DNA of 64,000 nucleotides from assembly GCA_038207305.1 (NCBI GenBank), contig JBBQZY010000016.1:2906-66905 (forward strand). The letters run 5' to 3'. Below, one piece after another: positions 10,014 through 19,400 of this stretch. The notes beneath the pieces are model-generated. The model ran no database searches. It was not told the origin of the DNA and saw nothing but the letters and a program-made list of their open reading frames with translations. Every line of letters begins with the position of its first letter. Positions within the stretch are counted from its first letter, which is position 1. The translations under genes and the position numbers were made by a program. This DNA comes from Chitinophagales bacterium (lineage in GTDB: Bacteria; Bacteroidota; Bacteroidia; Chitinophagales; Chitinophagaceae).

Positions 10014-13000
10014 TTATTTCAAAAAAGTTTTGCTCATCTCATCGTACAACTTCAATAAATCATTCGCTTTCCCATCCCTGTCAAAAAATCGCTCCCAGGT
10101 ATTCAAGGGTTCCCAGATGCAAGTGCCTTTTCCTCTGCCATTTGCTATGTTAAAAGCAATTTCATTGACTTCTTTTTTCAACGCTGAGTATTCAACAATT
10201 ATAACATCTTTGCTATACCTGTGTGAAAGATCATCCAGATTATATTCAAGGTCGGCCAGGGTATTGTGCCATTTAGGATAGTATGATAAACCGATCACAT
10301 CAAACGGCACACCGCGGTTGATCATATTGTCGAGAAAGAATTTGCTTTCATCATTTTGTCCGCCCAATGCAACGTGGATCATAATTGAAGTTGAAGGAGA
10401 TACTGCTTTTACTGCCATAGTACCTGCATAGATTAACTGGGCCAGGCTATCAAGATTATTTACATTGCCATACGGCCATACAATACCGTGATTGACCTCG
10501 TTGCCGACCTGCACCATATCGGGAGTTGTGCCTTGCTTTTTTAATGACTGCATCACCATTTTAGTATAATCATACAGCGATTGTTTTATTTGAGTCATCG
10601 ACTGTCCACGCCAGGCAGCAGGCATATATTGTTTTTGTGGATCGGCCCAGTAATCACTGTAATGAAAATCAAGCAGTAATTTCATGCCAGCTGCCTTTAC
10701 TCTTTTTGCCATTTGCAGCGTATGTTCAAGATCGCAGAAACCTTTTTTTGGTGAATAGCCACTATCTCTTGCCGGGTCATTGAAAATGCGCAGACGCACA
10801 TAATTCATCCCATGATCTTTTAATATTTGTATGGCATCTTTTTGCTTGCCATCTGTATCGTAAAATTTCATTCCCCTGTTTTCCAGTTCAGGAAGAAAGG
10901 AAATGTCGGCACCCAACATTTTATCTACAGTCGTTCCTTTAAATGGCTGAACTGGAAATGTATTTCCGGATGAACTCACCGGATGTGCAGTTCCCGGTTT
11001 TATCATCATAATATCTGTTGCACCGGCAAAAAGGCTATCTGCTTTAGCTTCCACATGCACCAACTCCATTGTTGATCCGGATTGTATGATCACCTGGCAT
11101 TTACCATTGAATAAATGCCTTTGCGCAGTTGTATCGTAATACTTATCCTGCTCATGACTGCTGGGATCTCCATTGCCAACGCCGATGATCCTGGCATCGC
11201 CTGATACAGAAAATCTGATGAGGTTATCTGCAACTGGTATTTCCCGTCCATCTTTGTCGATCACTGTTACATTAATAACAGTTACATCTTTGCCATCTGC
11301 AAGCATGGTTGTTTTATACGGACTGATAACCACTTCAAAAGGTTTACCAGTTGTCTCAACTTTTGTAGAAAGTTTTTTTCCTTTTTTATAAGCGATGGCT
11401 TCAAGTGTTCCTGGCGCGTAATTAACCAGCCATTGCAAATGCCCGTTGCGTGGCATATCTTTTTTACCGTGGCTGGTTCCGTTTAAAAATAATTCCACAT
11501 TATCTGCATTGCTGTTCACCCATACATCAATTGGTTGCCCTTGCTTGCCTTTCCAGTTCCAGTGCGGAGAGATATGCAATACATCTTTATCTGTCCACCA
11601 TGATTGATAATAGTAATAGATATTTTTAGGAAAGCCGCATACATCCATAATCCCAAAATGCGAACTTATGTTTGGCCATTGATAAGGTGTTGGCTCACCA
11701 CGATAATCTAACCCGGTCCATACAAAACCTCCCAGCCAATAGTCATTCGGGGCTGCAAGTTGCCACCATGTTTCCGCAGTGCTTGCCCACCAGGGTGCTG
11801 TAATGTCCTGGTCTGGTAGATAAGCTTTTACAGAATCTTTTGTGTACTGTCCCCGTGTTGTAACCGTGCTGCCCATTTCTGTGCCCATCAATGGTTGTGT
11901 TGGATGATCGCGGTGATAATCGGCCACAGCAAATTGCCTGTAATTAAATCCTCTCACGGGTATAACTTCGTTGATGCCCGGATACTGGTTGCCCATATCT
12001 GCTGCGTATGTACTTACCCGTGTTGGATCCAGTTCTTTTTGTTTTGCCAATAAACTTTGTGCGATCAATTTTCCTGTACTATTGCCCTGTACCCAACCTT
12101 CTTCATTGCCTATTGACCAGATAAATACAGATGCCCTGCTGCGGTCGCGTTTCAACAACCATTCAAAATCATACATGTATTGCGTGCTGCTGTTGAGCAA
12201 GCGGTTCTCGTCCATTACCAGCATTCCAAGGCTGTCGCATGCATCCAGTAATTCCGGGGTAGGAGGGTTGTGGCTTGTTCTGTAAGCATTTGCACCCATT
12301 TGTTTTAATAAAAAGATGCGATAATATTGTAGATAATCCGGCAAGGCACTGCCAACACCTGCATGATCCTGGTGGTTATTCGTTCCTTTTATTTTGACGT
12401 ATTTGCCGTTTAAAAACAAGCCTTTATTCGTAATGTCAATGGTGCGTATGCCAAAACGGATATTAGCTGAATCAACGATCTTTCCATTTAATTTTACGAT
12501 CGGTATCACCCGGTAGAGGTATGGATCTTCCAAAGACCAACGTCGCGGCCTGGTTACCGTTACCTGTTGCTTTGTTGTTCTTTTTTCATTGATGCCAGGT
12601 GAAATATTTTGATTGGCTGTCATGCCAACGATCCTGCCGGTTCTGTCTGTAAGAACTGCGGAAATGGAAACATTCGCGTTCGCATAAGATTCATTGTGAA
12701 CCGTGGTTTCAATATAAACCGTAGCATTATTTCCCTGGACTTTCGTATAAACAAATACAGGGTTTTCGTCCAGGTGAACTGTATTGTATTGATTCAACCA
12801 TACATGGCGATAAATTCCAGCGCCTTCATAGAACCACCCTTCATACTGAGTAGCATCAACTCTTACAACAATTGTATTCTCACTTCCATAGTGCAGGTAA
12901 TTGCTGACATCATAAGAAGCGCCCACATAGCCGCTCTTGTTATTACCAAGGTAAAAGCCATTTACCCAAAAAGAAGCATCTCGGAAAATGCCATCGAACT

Positions 13001-13409
13001 GAATCTGGAAACGCTGGCCTGAATCTGCTTTTGAAATTGTAAAATGTTTTCTGTACCAGCCAATACTTGTCTCGGGGTAGGCACCACCAACGGGTTTATA
13101 TCCGTGCGACTGTACATCAAAATTTGTTGAGTTTGCAAAAGGAAGTTCTACTGCCCAATCGTGGGGAAGGGAAAGTTTTCGCCAGGCACTGTCGTTGAAT
13201 TTGGGATCGATCGCTGTTTCTTTTGCTGCGCCTGTTTTCGCAAAAATAGTAGCGATGCTAAAGTTAAAATCTTTTAAAGGGTCATTTGCATTGCCGAAAG
13301 CAAATTTCCAGTTATCATCAAAATTTATTCTTTTGCGTTGTGCGGTGGAGGTTAGCGTGCCTAGTAAAAGCAGGGTTACAAAAAGATAAAAGGCATTTGT
13401 CTTTTTCAT
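10014..13409 (-). CDS. Secreted bifunctional GH2 beta-galactosidase / GH53 endo-beta-1,4-galactanase fusion protein
   Basis: 1131 aa with a signal peptide. The GH2 part covers about nt 13409 down to 10916 (NAYRTSHNPPTPELLDACDSLGMLVMDE, WSIGNEEG, MGTEMGS, Ig-like tail). The GH53 part covers about nt 10915 down to 10017 (GADISFLPELENRG, MNYVRLRIFNDP, DFHYSDYWADPQKQ, VQVGNEVNHG, IIVEYS) and is colinear with the adjacent stand-alone GH53. Confidence 0.85.
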   Translation of the reverse strand: MKKTNAFYLFVTLLLLGTLTSTAQRKRINFDDNWKFAFGNANDPLKDFNFSIATIFAKTGAAKETAIDPKFNDSAWRKLSLPHDWAVELPFANSTNFDVQSHGYKPVGGAYPETSIGWYRKHFTISKADSGQRFQIQFDGIFRDASFWVNGFYLGNNKSGYVGASYDVSNYLHYGSENTIVVRVDATQYEGWFYEGAGIYRHVWLNQYNTVHLDENPVFVYTKVQGNNATVYIETTVHNESYANANVSISAVLTDRTGRIVGMTANQNISPGINEKRTTKQQVTVTRPRRWSLEDPYLYRVIPIVKLNGKIVDSANIRFGIRTIDITNKGLFLNGKYVKIKGTNNHQDHAGVGSALPDYLQYYRIFLLKQMGANAYRTSHNPPTPELLDACDSLGMLVMDENRLLNSSTQYMYDFEWLLKRDRSRASVFIWSIGNEEGWVQGNSTGKLIAQSLLAKQKELDPTRVSTYAADMGNQYPGINEVIPVRGFNYRQFAVADYHRDHPTQPLMGTEMGSTVTTRGQYTKDSVKAYLPDQDITAPWWASTAETWWQLAAPNDYWLGGFVWTGLDYRGEPTPYQWPNISSHFGIMDVCGFPKNIYYYYQSWWTDKDVLHISPHWNWKGKQGQPIDVWVNSNADNVELFLNGTSHGKKDMPRNGHLQWLVNYAPGTLEAIAYKKGKKLSTKVETTGKPFEVVISPYKTTMLADGKDVTVINVTVIDKDGREIPVADNLIRFSVSGDARIIGVGNGDPSSHEQDKYYDTTAQRHLFNGKCQVIIQSGSTMELVHVEAKADSLFAGATDIMMIKPGTAHPVSSSGNTFPVQPFKGTTVDKMLGADISFLPELENRGMKFYDTDGKQKDAIQILKDHGMNYVRLRIFNDPARDSGYSPKKGFCDLEHTLQMAKRVKAAGMKLLLDFHYSDYWADPQKQYMPAAWRGQSMTQIKQSLYDYTKMVMQSLKKQGTTPDMVQVGNEVNHGIVWPYGNVNNLDSLAQLIYAGTMAVKAVSPSTSIMIHVALGGQNDESKFFLDNMINRGVPFDVIGLSYYPKWHNTLADLEYNLDDLSHRYSKDVIIVEYSALKKEVNEIAFNIANGRGKGTCIWEPLNTWERFFDRDGKANDLLKLYDEMSKTFLK

Positions 13410-13465
13410 ATTTTAATATTTTATAGGCACGAAGGAAAAGATGCCATTTCGGATTTTTCAATTGC

Positions 13466-14494
13466 TTAATTAAATGCATTTAAACCAACCGTTGGTTTTC
13501 CTGTATTATCAAATGCACCCAGGCTATAACCTTTCCAATTGTTATATCCTTCAGGTTCCCAATAAAAAACGCCCAATCCTTTATTATTGCTGATGGATTT
13601 TACTTTAGTAATAAGGTCGCTGATGAACGCATTACATGCTGCCGGCTGGTCCCAACTCATACCCACTTCGCAGATCATTACTTCCGATCCATACCTTGTT
13701 ACCATATCATTCATGTTTGCCAGACATTGTGTATTAAGTGTGCTCCAATTCGATGATGATGGATACAAAGACATGCCTATGACATCCCAGTTGGCACCGT
13801 TCGCTTTTAATCCGTCCAGGTTCCACCTGAATAATGCATTGTCATATCCATTGGAAATATGAACGATCACTTTTGATGCAGGGCTTACTGATTTTACGCC
13901 GTTATAGCCGGCTTTTACAAATTTTGCATAATTAACCATGTTCACCGATGCTTTACCCTCGGGCCAAAGCATACCATCATTTGTTTCATTGCCTACTTGT
14001 ACCCAATCAGGTGTAACGCCATTTGTTTTAAGTGCATTCATTACGGCAACAGTGTGGTTAGTTATCGAAATTTGTAATGTTGCGATATCCTGGCTTGCCC
14101 ATGCAGCAGGCTTGTTTTGTTGTCCGGGGTCGGCCCATGTATCACTGTAATGGAAATCGAGCATTATTTTCATGCCCAGGTTTTTTGCCCGGATAGCCTT
14201 GCTAACCAGGTCGGCGGTATTGCTCCAATGATCGGTCGGGTTCACCCACACCCTTAGCCTTATGGAATTCATGCCCAGGCTTTTCATAAGCTGCATACAT
14301 TCCTGCTGCATTCCGCCACTGTTAAAAAACCTGATGCCGGAAGCTTCCATTTCTGTCACCCAACTTACATCTGCACCTTTTGCGAAAAATGTTATCGGAG
14401 CAGGGGGTATATCGGGTGATGGATCATTAGATTTATTACATGCTGGTAAAGCAAATAATATGCAAAGTTGAAATAAAATCTGTATCATTTTCAT
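13466..14494 (-). CDS. GH53 arabinogalactan endo-beta-1,4-galactanase, lipoprotein
   Basis: 342 aa with a lipobox (FALPAC). GH53 motifs are GADVSWVTEMEASG, MNSIRLRVWVNP, DFHYSDTWADPGQQNKPAAW, VQVGNETNDG and VMICEVG. Confidence 0.9.
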   Translation of the reverse strand: MKMIQILFQLCILFALPACNKSNDPSPDIPPAPITFFAKGADVSWVTEMEASGIRFFNSGGMQQECMQLMKSLGMNSIRLRVWVNPTDHWSNTADLVSKAIRAKNLGMKIMLDFHYSDTWADPGQQNKPAAWASQDIATLQISITNHTVAVMNALKTNGVTPDWVQVGNETNDGMLWPEGKASVNMVNYAKFVKAGYNGVKSVSPASKVIVHISNGYDNALFRWNLDGLKANGANWDVIGMSLYPSSSNWSTLNTQCLANMNDMVTRYGSEVMICEVGMSWDQPAACNAFISDLITKVKSISNNKGLGVFYWEPEGYNNWKGYSLGAFDNTGKPTVGLNAFN

Positions 14495-14510
14495 AAAATT
14501 ATTGTTTTAC

Positions 14511-14554
14511 CGCAGAGGCGCTATGTCGCAAAGATGTTACTCAGCGTCTCTGCG
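14511..14554 (-). terminator. 12-bp stem hairpin spanning the lacI stop codon (terminator or REP-like element)
   Basis: CGCAGAGGCGCT (14511-14522) pairs with AGCGTCTCTGCG (14543-14554) with one mismatch and a 20-nt loop. It overlaps the lacI stop (14541-14543). No clear U-tract follows on the minus strand, so terminator function is uncertain. Confidence 0.35.
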
Positions 14555-15587
14555 TATTTTCGGTTATTTTCCTTATCGATGATTCCCTGAAAACAGCTAT
14601 CGGTTCTAAAACTTTTTTTTGCATCACCACTGATCTTCCTCCTTTTTTTTCTATCAATTTCATCATCAGCAAAAATGCTTCCTTTCCCATCTTTACGGTT
14701 TGCTGATCGATCGTTGAAAGCGATGGTGTGATATGCTCTCCAAAGCCTTCATTGGCAAAACCGATAACGCCAAAATCTTTTGGTATTGAAATATTCTGTT
14801 GCTTTAATTCTTTGATGGCACCGAGGGCAGTAAAATCCTCCACAGAAAATACTGCATCTGCCGGATTTGCAAGTTTTAATAATTGCTGAATGGCTTGTCG
14901 TCCGGCATCAATCGATACATCACCAGCTATGGTCAGCGTTTTATCGAATTTAATGTCATTCGCTTTTAATGCAGCTTTATAGCCTTCCAGCCGGGCTTTA
15001 AAAATGCCGATATGCTGTGGCCCTGAAATATGAGCGATGCGTTTATATCCCTGGTCTATTAAATGCTGCGTAGCCATATAAGCACCCTTGTGATCATCAA
15101 CCACAACGGAATCTATATTAAGTTCGTCGTTCGCCCTGTCAAAAAAAACGATGGGCACTTTTGCTTTCTTTACATTTACGAAATGTGAATGATCAATTGT
15201 TTCTTTTGCGATAGATACCATGATACCATCCACTCGTGCATTTAAAAATGTTTCGATGCCTTTCTGTTCATGTTCCCAGGATTCGTTCGATTGATAAATG
15301 AGTACATTGTAGCCATTCTGGTTTGCGATGCTTTCAATGCCGTGCACTACAGAACCAAAGAAATTTATCTCAGCACTGGGTACAATTACACCTATCAGGC
15401 CTGTTTGTCCACGCCTTAGAGAAGAGGCTACATTGTTACGGCGGTAATTTAGTTTTTCTGCAAGCCTTAGTACATTCTTTTTTGTTTTTTCGCTGATGGC
15501 TGGATGGTTGTTCAATGCACGGGAAACAGTGGCTGATGTAGTGTTCAGCTTTTTGGCAATATCAGCAATGGTAACTGTAAGGCTCAA
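14541..15587 (-). CDS. LacI family transcriptional regulator (TTG start)
   Basis: 348 aa. N-terminal HTH is IADIAKKLNTTSATVSRALNNHPAISEKTKKNV, followed by a periplasmic-binding-protein-like sugar-binding core. The only in-frame start after the upstream stop is TTG at 15587. Confidence 0.9.
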   Translation of the reverse strand: MSLTVTIADIAKKLNTTSATVSRALNNHPAISEKTKKNVLRLAEKLNYRRNNVASSLRRGQTGLIGVIVPSAEINFFGSVVHGIESIANQNGYNVLIYQSNESWEHEQKGIETFLNARVDGIMVSIAKETIDHSHFVNVKKAKVPIVFFDRANDELNIDSVVVDDHKGAYMATQHLIDQGYKRIAHISGPQHIGIFKARLEGYKAALKANDIKFDKTLTIAGDVSIDAGRQAIQQLLKLANPADAVFSVEDFTALGAIKELKQQNISIPKDFGVIGFANEGFGEHITPSLSTIDQQTVKMGKEAFLLMMKLIEKKGGRSVVMQKKVLEPIAVFRESSIRKITENTQRR

Positions 15588-15592
15588 GTTTA

Positions 15593-15606
15593 TGCAATCG
15601 TTTGCA
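15593..15606. promoter_or_regulatory. LacI/GalR-type palindromic operator candidate
   Basis: TGCAATCGTTTGCA fits the family pattern TGnAAnCGnTTnCA at every constrained position. Flanks extend it to TATGCAATCGTTTGCATA (15591-15608). It lies 5 nt upstream of the lacI TTG start. Confidence 0.55.
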
Positions 15607-15698
15607 TAAAACTATGAATTTATTTTATTTCACCAAAAAAATAATTATCCCTGTCGATAGTATGATGTAGCTGCTCGGCTTACATCCCGTATTCCTGG

Positions 15699-16439
15699 TT
15701 AGTGCTGCCTCAACTCACTCATCACCAATTCCTTTCTTCTTTTGGAAATGGTCAATTGCTTATTGTCTGTCATGATCAATGATCCTTCTTTGTCGATCTT
15801 AGAAACAAATTTTCGGTTTACGAGGTAAGATTTGTGGATGCGAAGAAAACCATGTTCTCCCAGTAGTTCTTCATATTCTTTTAGTGTTTTTGAAACGAGC
15901 AGGGGCTTATGCTTTGTAAAAGTGAAGCGGGTATAATTACTTTCGCCTTCGCAGTAAAGAATTTCTGAAGGATCGTAGAAGAAAACACCTTCGGTAGTAG
16001 ATAAAGCGAGTTTAAAATCTTTGGAGTCTTTTTGCTGAATGTTGGTCAGTAAATTAGATACCAGTAATTGTTGCTGGTTTTGCTGCCTGATGATATGCCG
16101 GTTGATCGCATTCTGGAGATCAAGCATATCAATGGGCTTTAAAAGATAATCCAATGCACTGAACCGGATGGCTTTGATGGCATATTGGTCGAAAGCTGTG
16201 GTAAATATCACATCGAAATCATTGTCGGTGGCCATGCTTAAAAAATCGAAACCACTCATACCGGGCATTTGTATGTCGAGCATGATCAGCGAAGGCTGAA
16301 AGCTTTGCAGCATTGCCAGCGCTTCTGTTCCATCCTGACAATACCTGATCTCTGTGGGAATATTAATATGTTTTTCTATCAATATTTTCAGGATATTTCC
16401 TGCAGCCGCTTCGTCATCAACGATCAATATTTTTATCAT
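15699..16439 (-). CDS. LytTR family two-component response regulator
   Basis: 246 aa. The REC domain is IKILIVDDE...LIMLDIQMPGMSGFDF. The C-terminal LytTR DNA-binding domain is ...FLRIHKSYLVNRKFV. It starts 19 nt after the kinase stop. Confidence 0.9.
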   Translation of the reverse strand: MIKILIVDDEAAAGNILKILIEKHINIPTEIRYCQDGTEALAMLQSFQPSLIMLDIQMPGMSGFDFLSMATDNDFDVIFTTAFDQYAIKAIRFSALDYLLKPIDMLDLQNAINRHIIRQQNQQQLLVSNLLTNIQQKDSKDFKLALSTTEGVFFYDPSEILYCEGESNYTRFTFTKHKPLLVSKTLKEYEELLGEHGFLRIHKSYLVNRKFVSKIDKEGSLIMTDNKQLTISKRRKELVMSELRQH

Positions 16440-16458
16440 GATTACCTTTTTATAATGT

Positions 16459-19400
16459 TTACAGTGTTCCGATATCTGAAGAAAAGCTGAGTATTACAAG
16501 CGTCCCTGTTGCATTTCCTGCTTCGTCTTTTTTATCGAACGTTTCCAGTTGTATGGGAGTTTTAAGTTGGATGGCCAATACCTGCAATCGTTTTTGCAGT
16601 ATCGCAGTTCCTTTAGAAGCAAACTGGTTGCTTCCTAATTTTTGGGCGCGGATTGCTGCCGCTTTTTCCCTCCCAATTCCGTTATCATCAATGCTGATGA
16701 ATAATAGGCTCTCTTTTTCTTCGTAAGTAATTGTTAGTTTTTGATCTCCTTCTTTATTTCTTAATCCATGCCAGATAGCATTTTCAACAAGTGGTTGTGT
16801 GAGCAGGGAAGGAATCATGATCTCATCTGTATCAGGAATGCCAGCAATATCAATATTGTATGTAAAAGATTTGCTGAACCTCAATGACTCCAGCGAAAGG
16901 TATAGTTGCAGCATTTCTATTTCACTGCTCAGCGGTATCAGTTCATTTTCAGAATTATTCAATACCATTCTTTGAAGCTTGGAGAATTTTGAAAGATATT
17001 CATAAGCAGCATCTACTTTATTTGTTAAGATACATTCCTGGATGGCATTTAAACTATTGAAAATAAAATGGGGATTCATCTGGCTTCTCAAAGCTTCCAG
17101 TTTTGCTTTGGAAAGTTGTTCATTCATGCTGTACATTTCGATTTGTGATAATTGCAATGACTGCTCGGCTTCTATGGATTTTATCTTATTGGCAGCCAAT
17201 GTTGCTATCGTGCTTAGTATTTGCAGGTGCTGCTGCGTGAAAAAATTCTTCTCATTGTGTTCACTATCTATCACTCCTAACAACTCGTTGTTGTAAATGA
17301 TCGGTACTGTAAGTTCACTTAACCTTACGAGATCATCCGGGCGGTAGCGGCTATCCCTCGACGTATCAGCAATCATAACTGCTTCCCTGGTCTGCATTAC
17401 ATAACCCACAACGCCCTGGCCATTTTCTACACTGAAGAGGTGTTTGTTGATCGCTTCTACAGAATCTTTTGGACCGAAACCTGCTTTCTGTATCATTTTC
17501 GTTTTGTCGTCATTCCATAAATAGATCATGCAGTCAATAAAGCCGAGCCTTCCGATGAGGTTTTTGGCAATATCCCACAAAACATCTTCAGTAGTATGCT
17601 TGTCGACCAGTGACGAAGAGAAATAATTGATGATCTGTTCCAACTCAAGTTGACTTTTATATTGTGCCGCATTCAACTGCTGAGTCTTCAGTTTTTCTGC
17701 ATTGATCGCTTTGATATTTGTTTCACGCCATTTGACAATAAAGTATATGAGTGCTAACATAGCTGTAAACAGCAATGCTTTGAACCACCATTTTTTCCAG
17801 TAAGGCGGAGTAATGTTGAAAGGAATATCCAATGAACGCGAAACCTGGTTACCGTATACATCAGTACCTCTAATATGTATGATATAACTGCCGGGTTGCA
17901 ATGCATTGAATGTTACTTCAGCGCGGTTGCCCAACTCAACCCATTCAATGTCTGATCCTTCTAAACGGTAATAATATTTTACTTTTTCAGGTTCTGCAAA
18001 TTCCAATAGCCCGAATCGAAAATAAATCCTGTTCTCCTGGTAGGTCAGGTTCCCCAACAGGCCTTTTGAAATATCAACAGCCTTGCCATTTACCTGTACT
18101 TCATCCAGCAACAGCTTTCGTTCTTTCCTTTGCTGTTTAAAGAATTCATCAGGATCCACATTCACCAGTTTTCCACCAAATAAAAAATAGATATGCCCGT
18201 CGGTTGCTTCCAGGCTGCTGCCAAAATAATTACTTAGTTTATCCGGCGATTCGGGAAAGACATTCAGGAAAATATTTTTCTGTGCATCATATAAATTTAC
18301 CCCACCCATTGAGCCCACCCAGAGCCTGTTCTTCGAATCGGAACACAACGTGAAACTGAAGTCATGCAATAACCCGTCTGCCGTTGTATAGATGAATATA
18401 TTTTTATCTTTTATATTATATCGTATCAACCCATTTTGAGACGTGATCCATATATTCCCATTTCCATCATCAGCAATATCGCGTGTATTTGCGTAGGAGA
18501 AATTCAAATCCACTAATTTTTTATTCAGCAGGAAGGTATCCATCTGCAATGTTTGCAGGTTTCTTTTAATCAGATCAGCATTTTCACTCAGGAAATAGAA
18601 GAAGCGATTGTCTTTTGAAACACAGGCCTGCTTTGAGAAACCGGTACTTGCTATTTTTTCAGGAGTAGGAGTTCCGTTGTAATAATAGATATCGCCGCTT
18701 TTTTTCTTAAAGTAGATAGCATGTTCATTGTGCTTAAATACCCAGGCAATGCCCTGTTTGTCGACTGCAAGAAATTTATATTTACCAACTGGATCTGTTT
18801 TCAGCTTTATATTATGCGAAGAACTGTCTGCAATCATCATTGTTCCGTTATGGCTAATTAGTATCTCGCCTTTGTCGCCTGTAAACACATATCCATATCC
18901 TCTTATTGCCGTATCCACAACGGGGAAATACCTGTTACTTCCATTGAATACATTGTATTTAAAAAGTCCTCCTGCCGAAAACGGTGCATATATATTCCCT
19001 TTGTCGTCCTGTGAAATAATACCTGCAGGATAATTGATATTGATGAATTCTTTTTTATCACTTAAATATTTTTGCTGAACAATGCTGTCGTAATAATTTA
19101 TTATGAAAATGCCGTTGTTTGTGGTCACCCACATTCTGTCAAGGTAATCTTCACAAAGCGAATAAACATAGTCGGATTGAACAAGGCTGTTTACATCTTC
19201 ATATCTTATGGAAGTGAATTGCTTTGTTGTATTGTTGAAATAAAGCAGGCCGCCATACCTGAATCCTATCCAGATATTGCCTTTATAATCTGCTGCCAAT
19301 GAATAACAGCACTGCCAGGCACTTTTTGGTAAATTGAAATGAAAGGAATCCAGTTTTTCAGTGATGATATTATATTTAACCAATGCTGAATTATTGAAAA

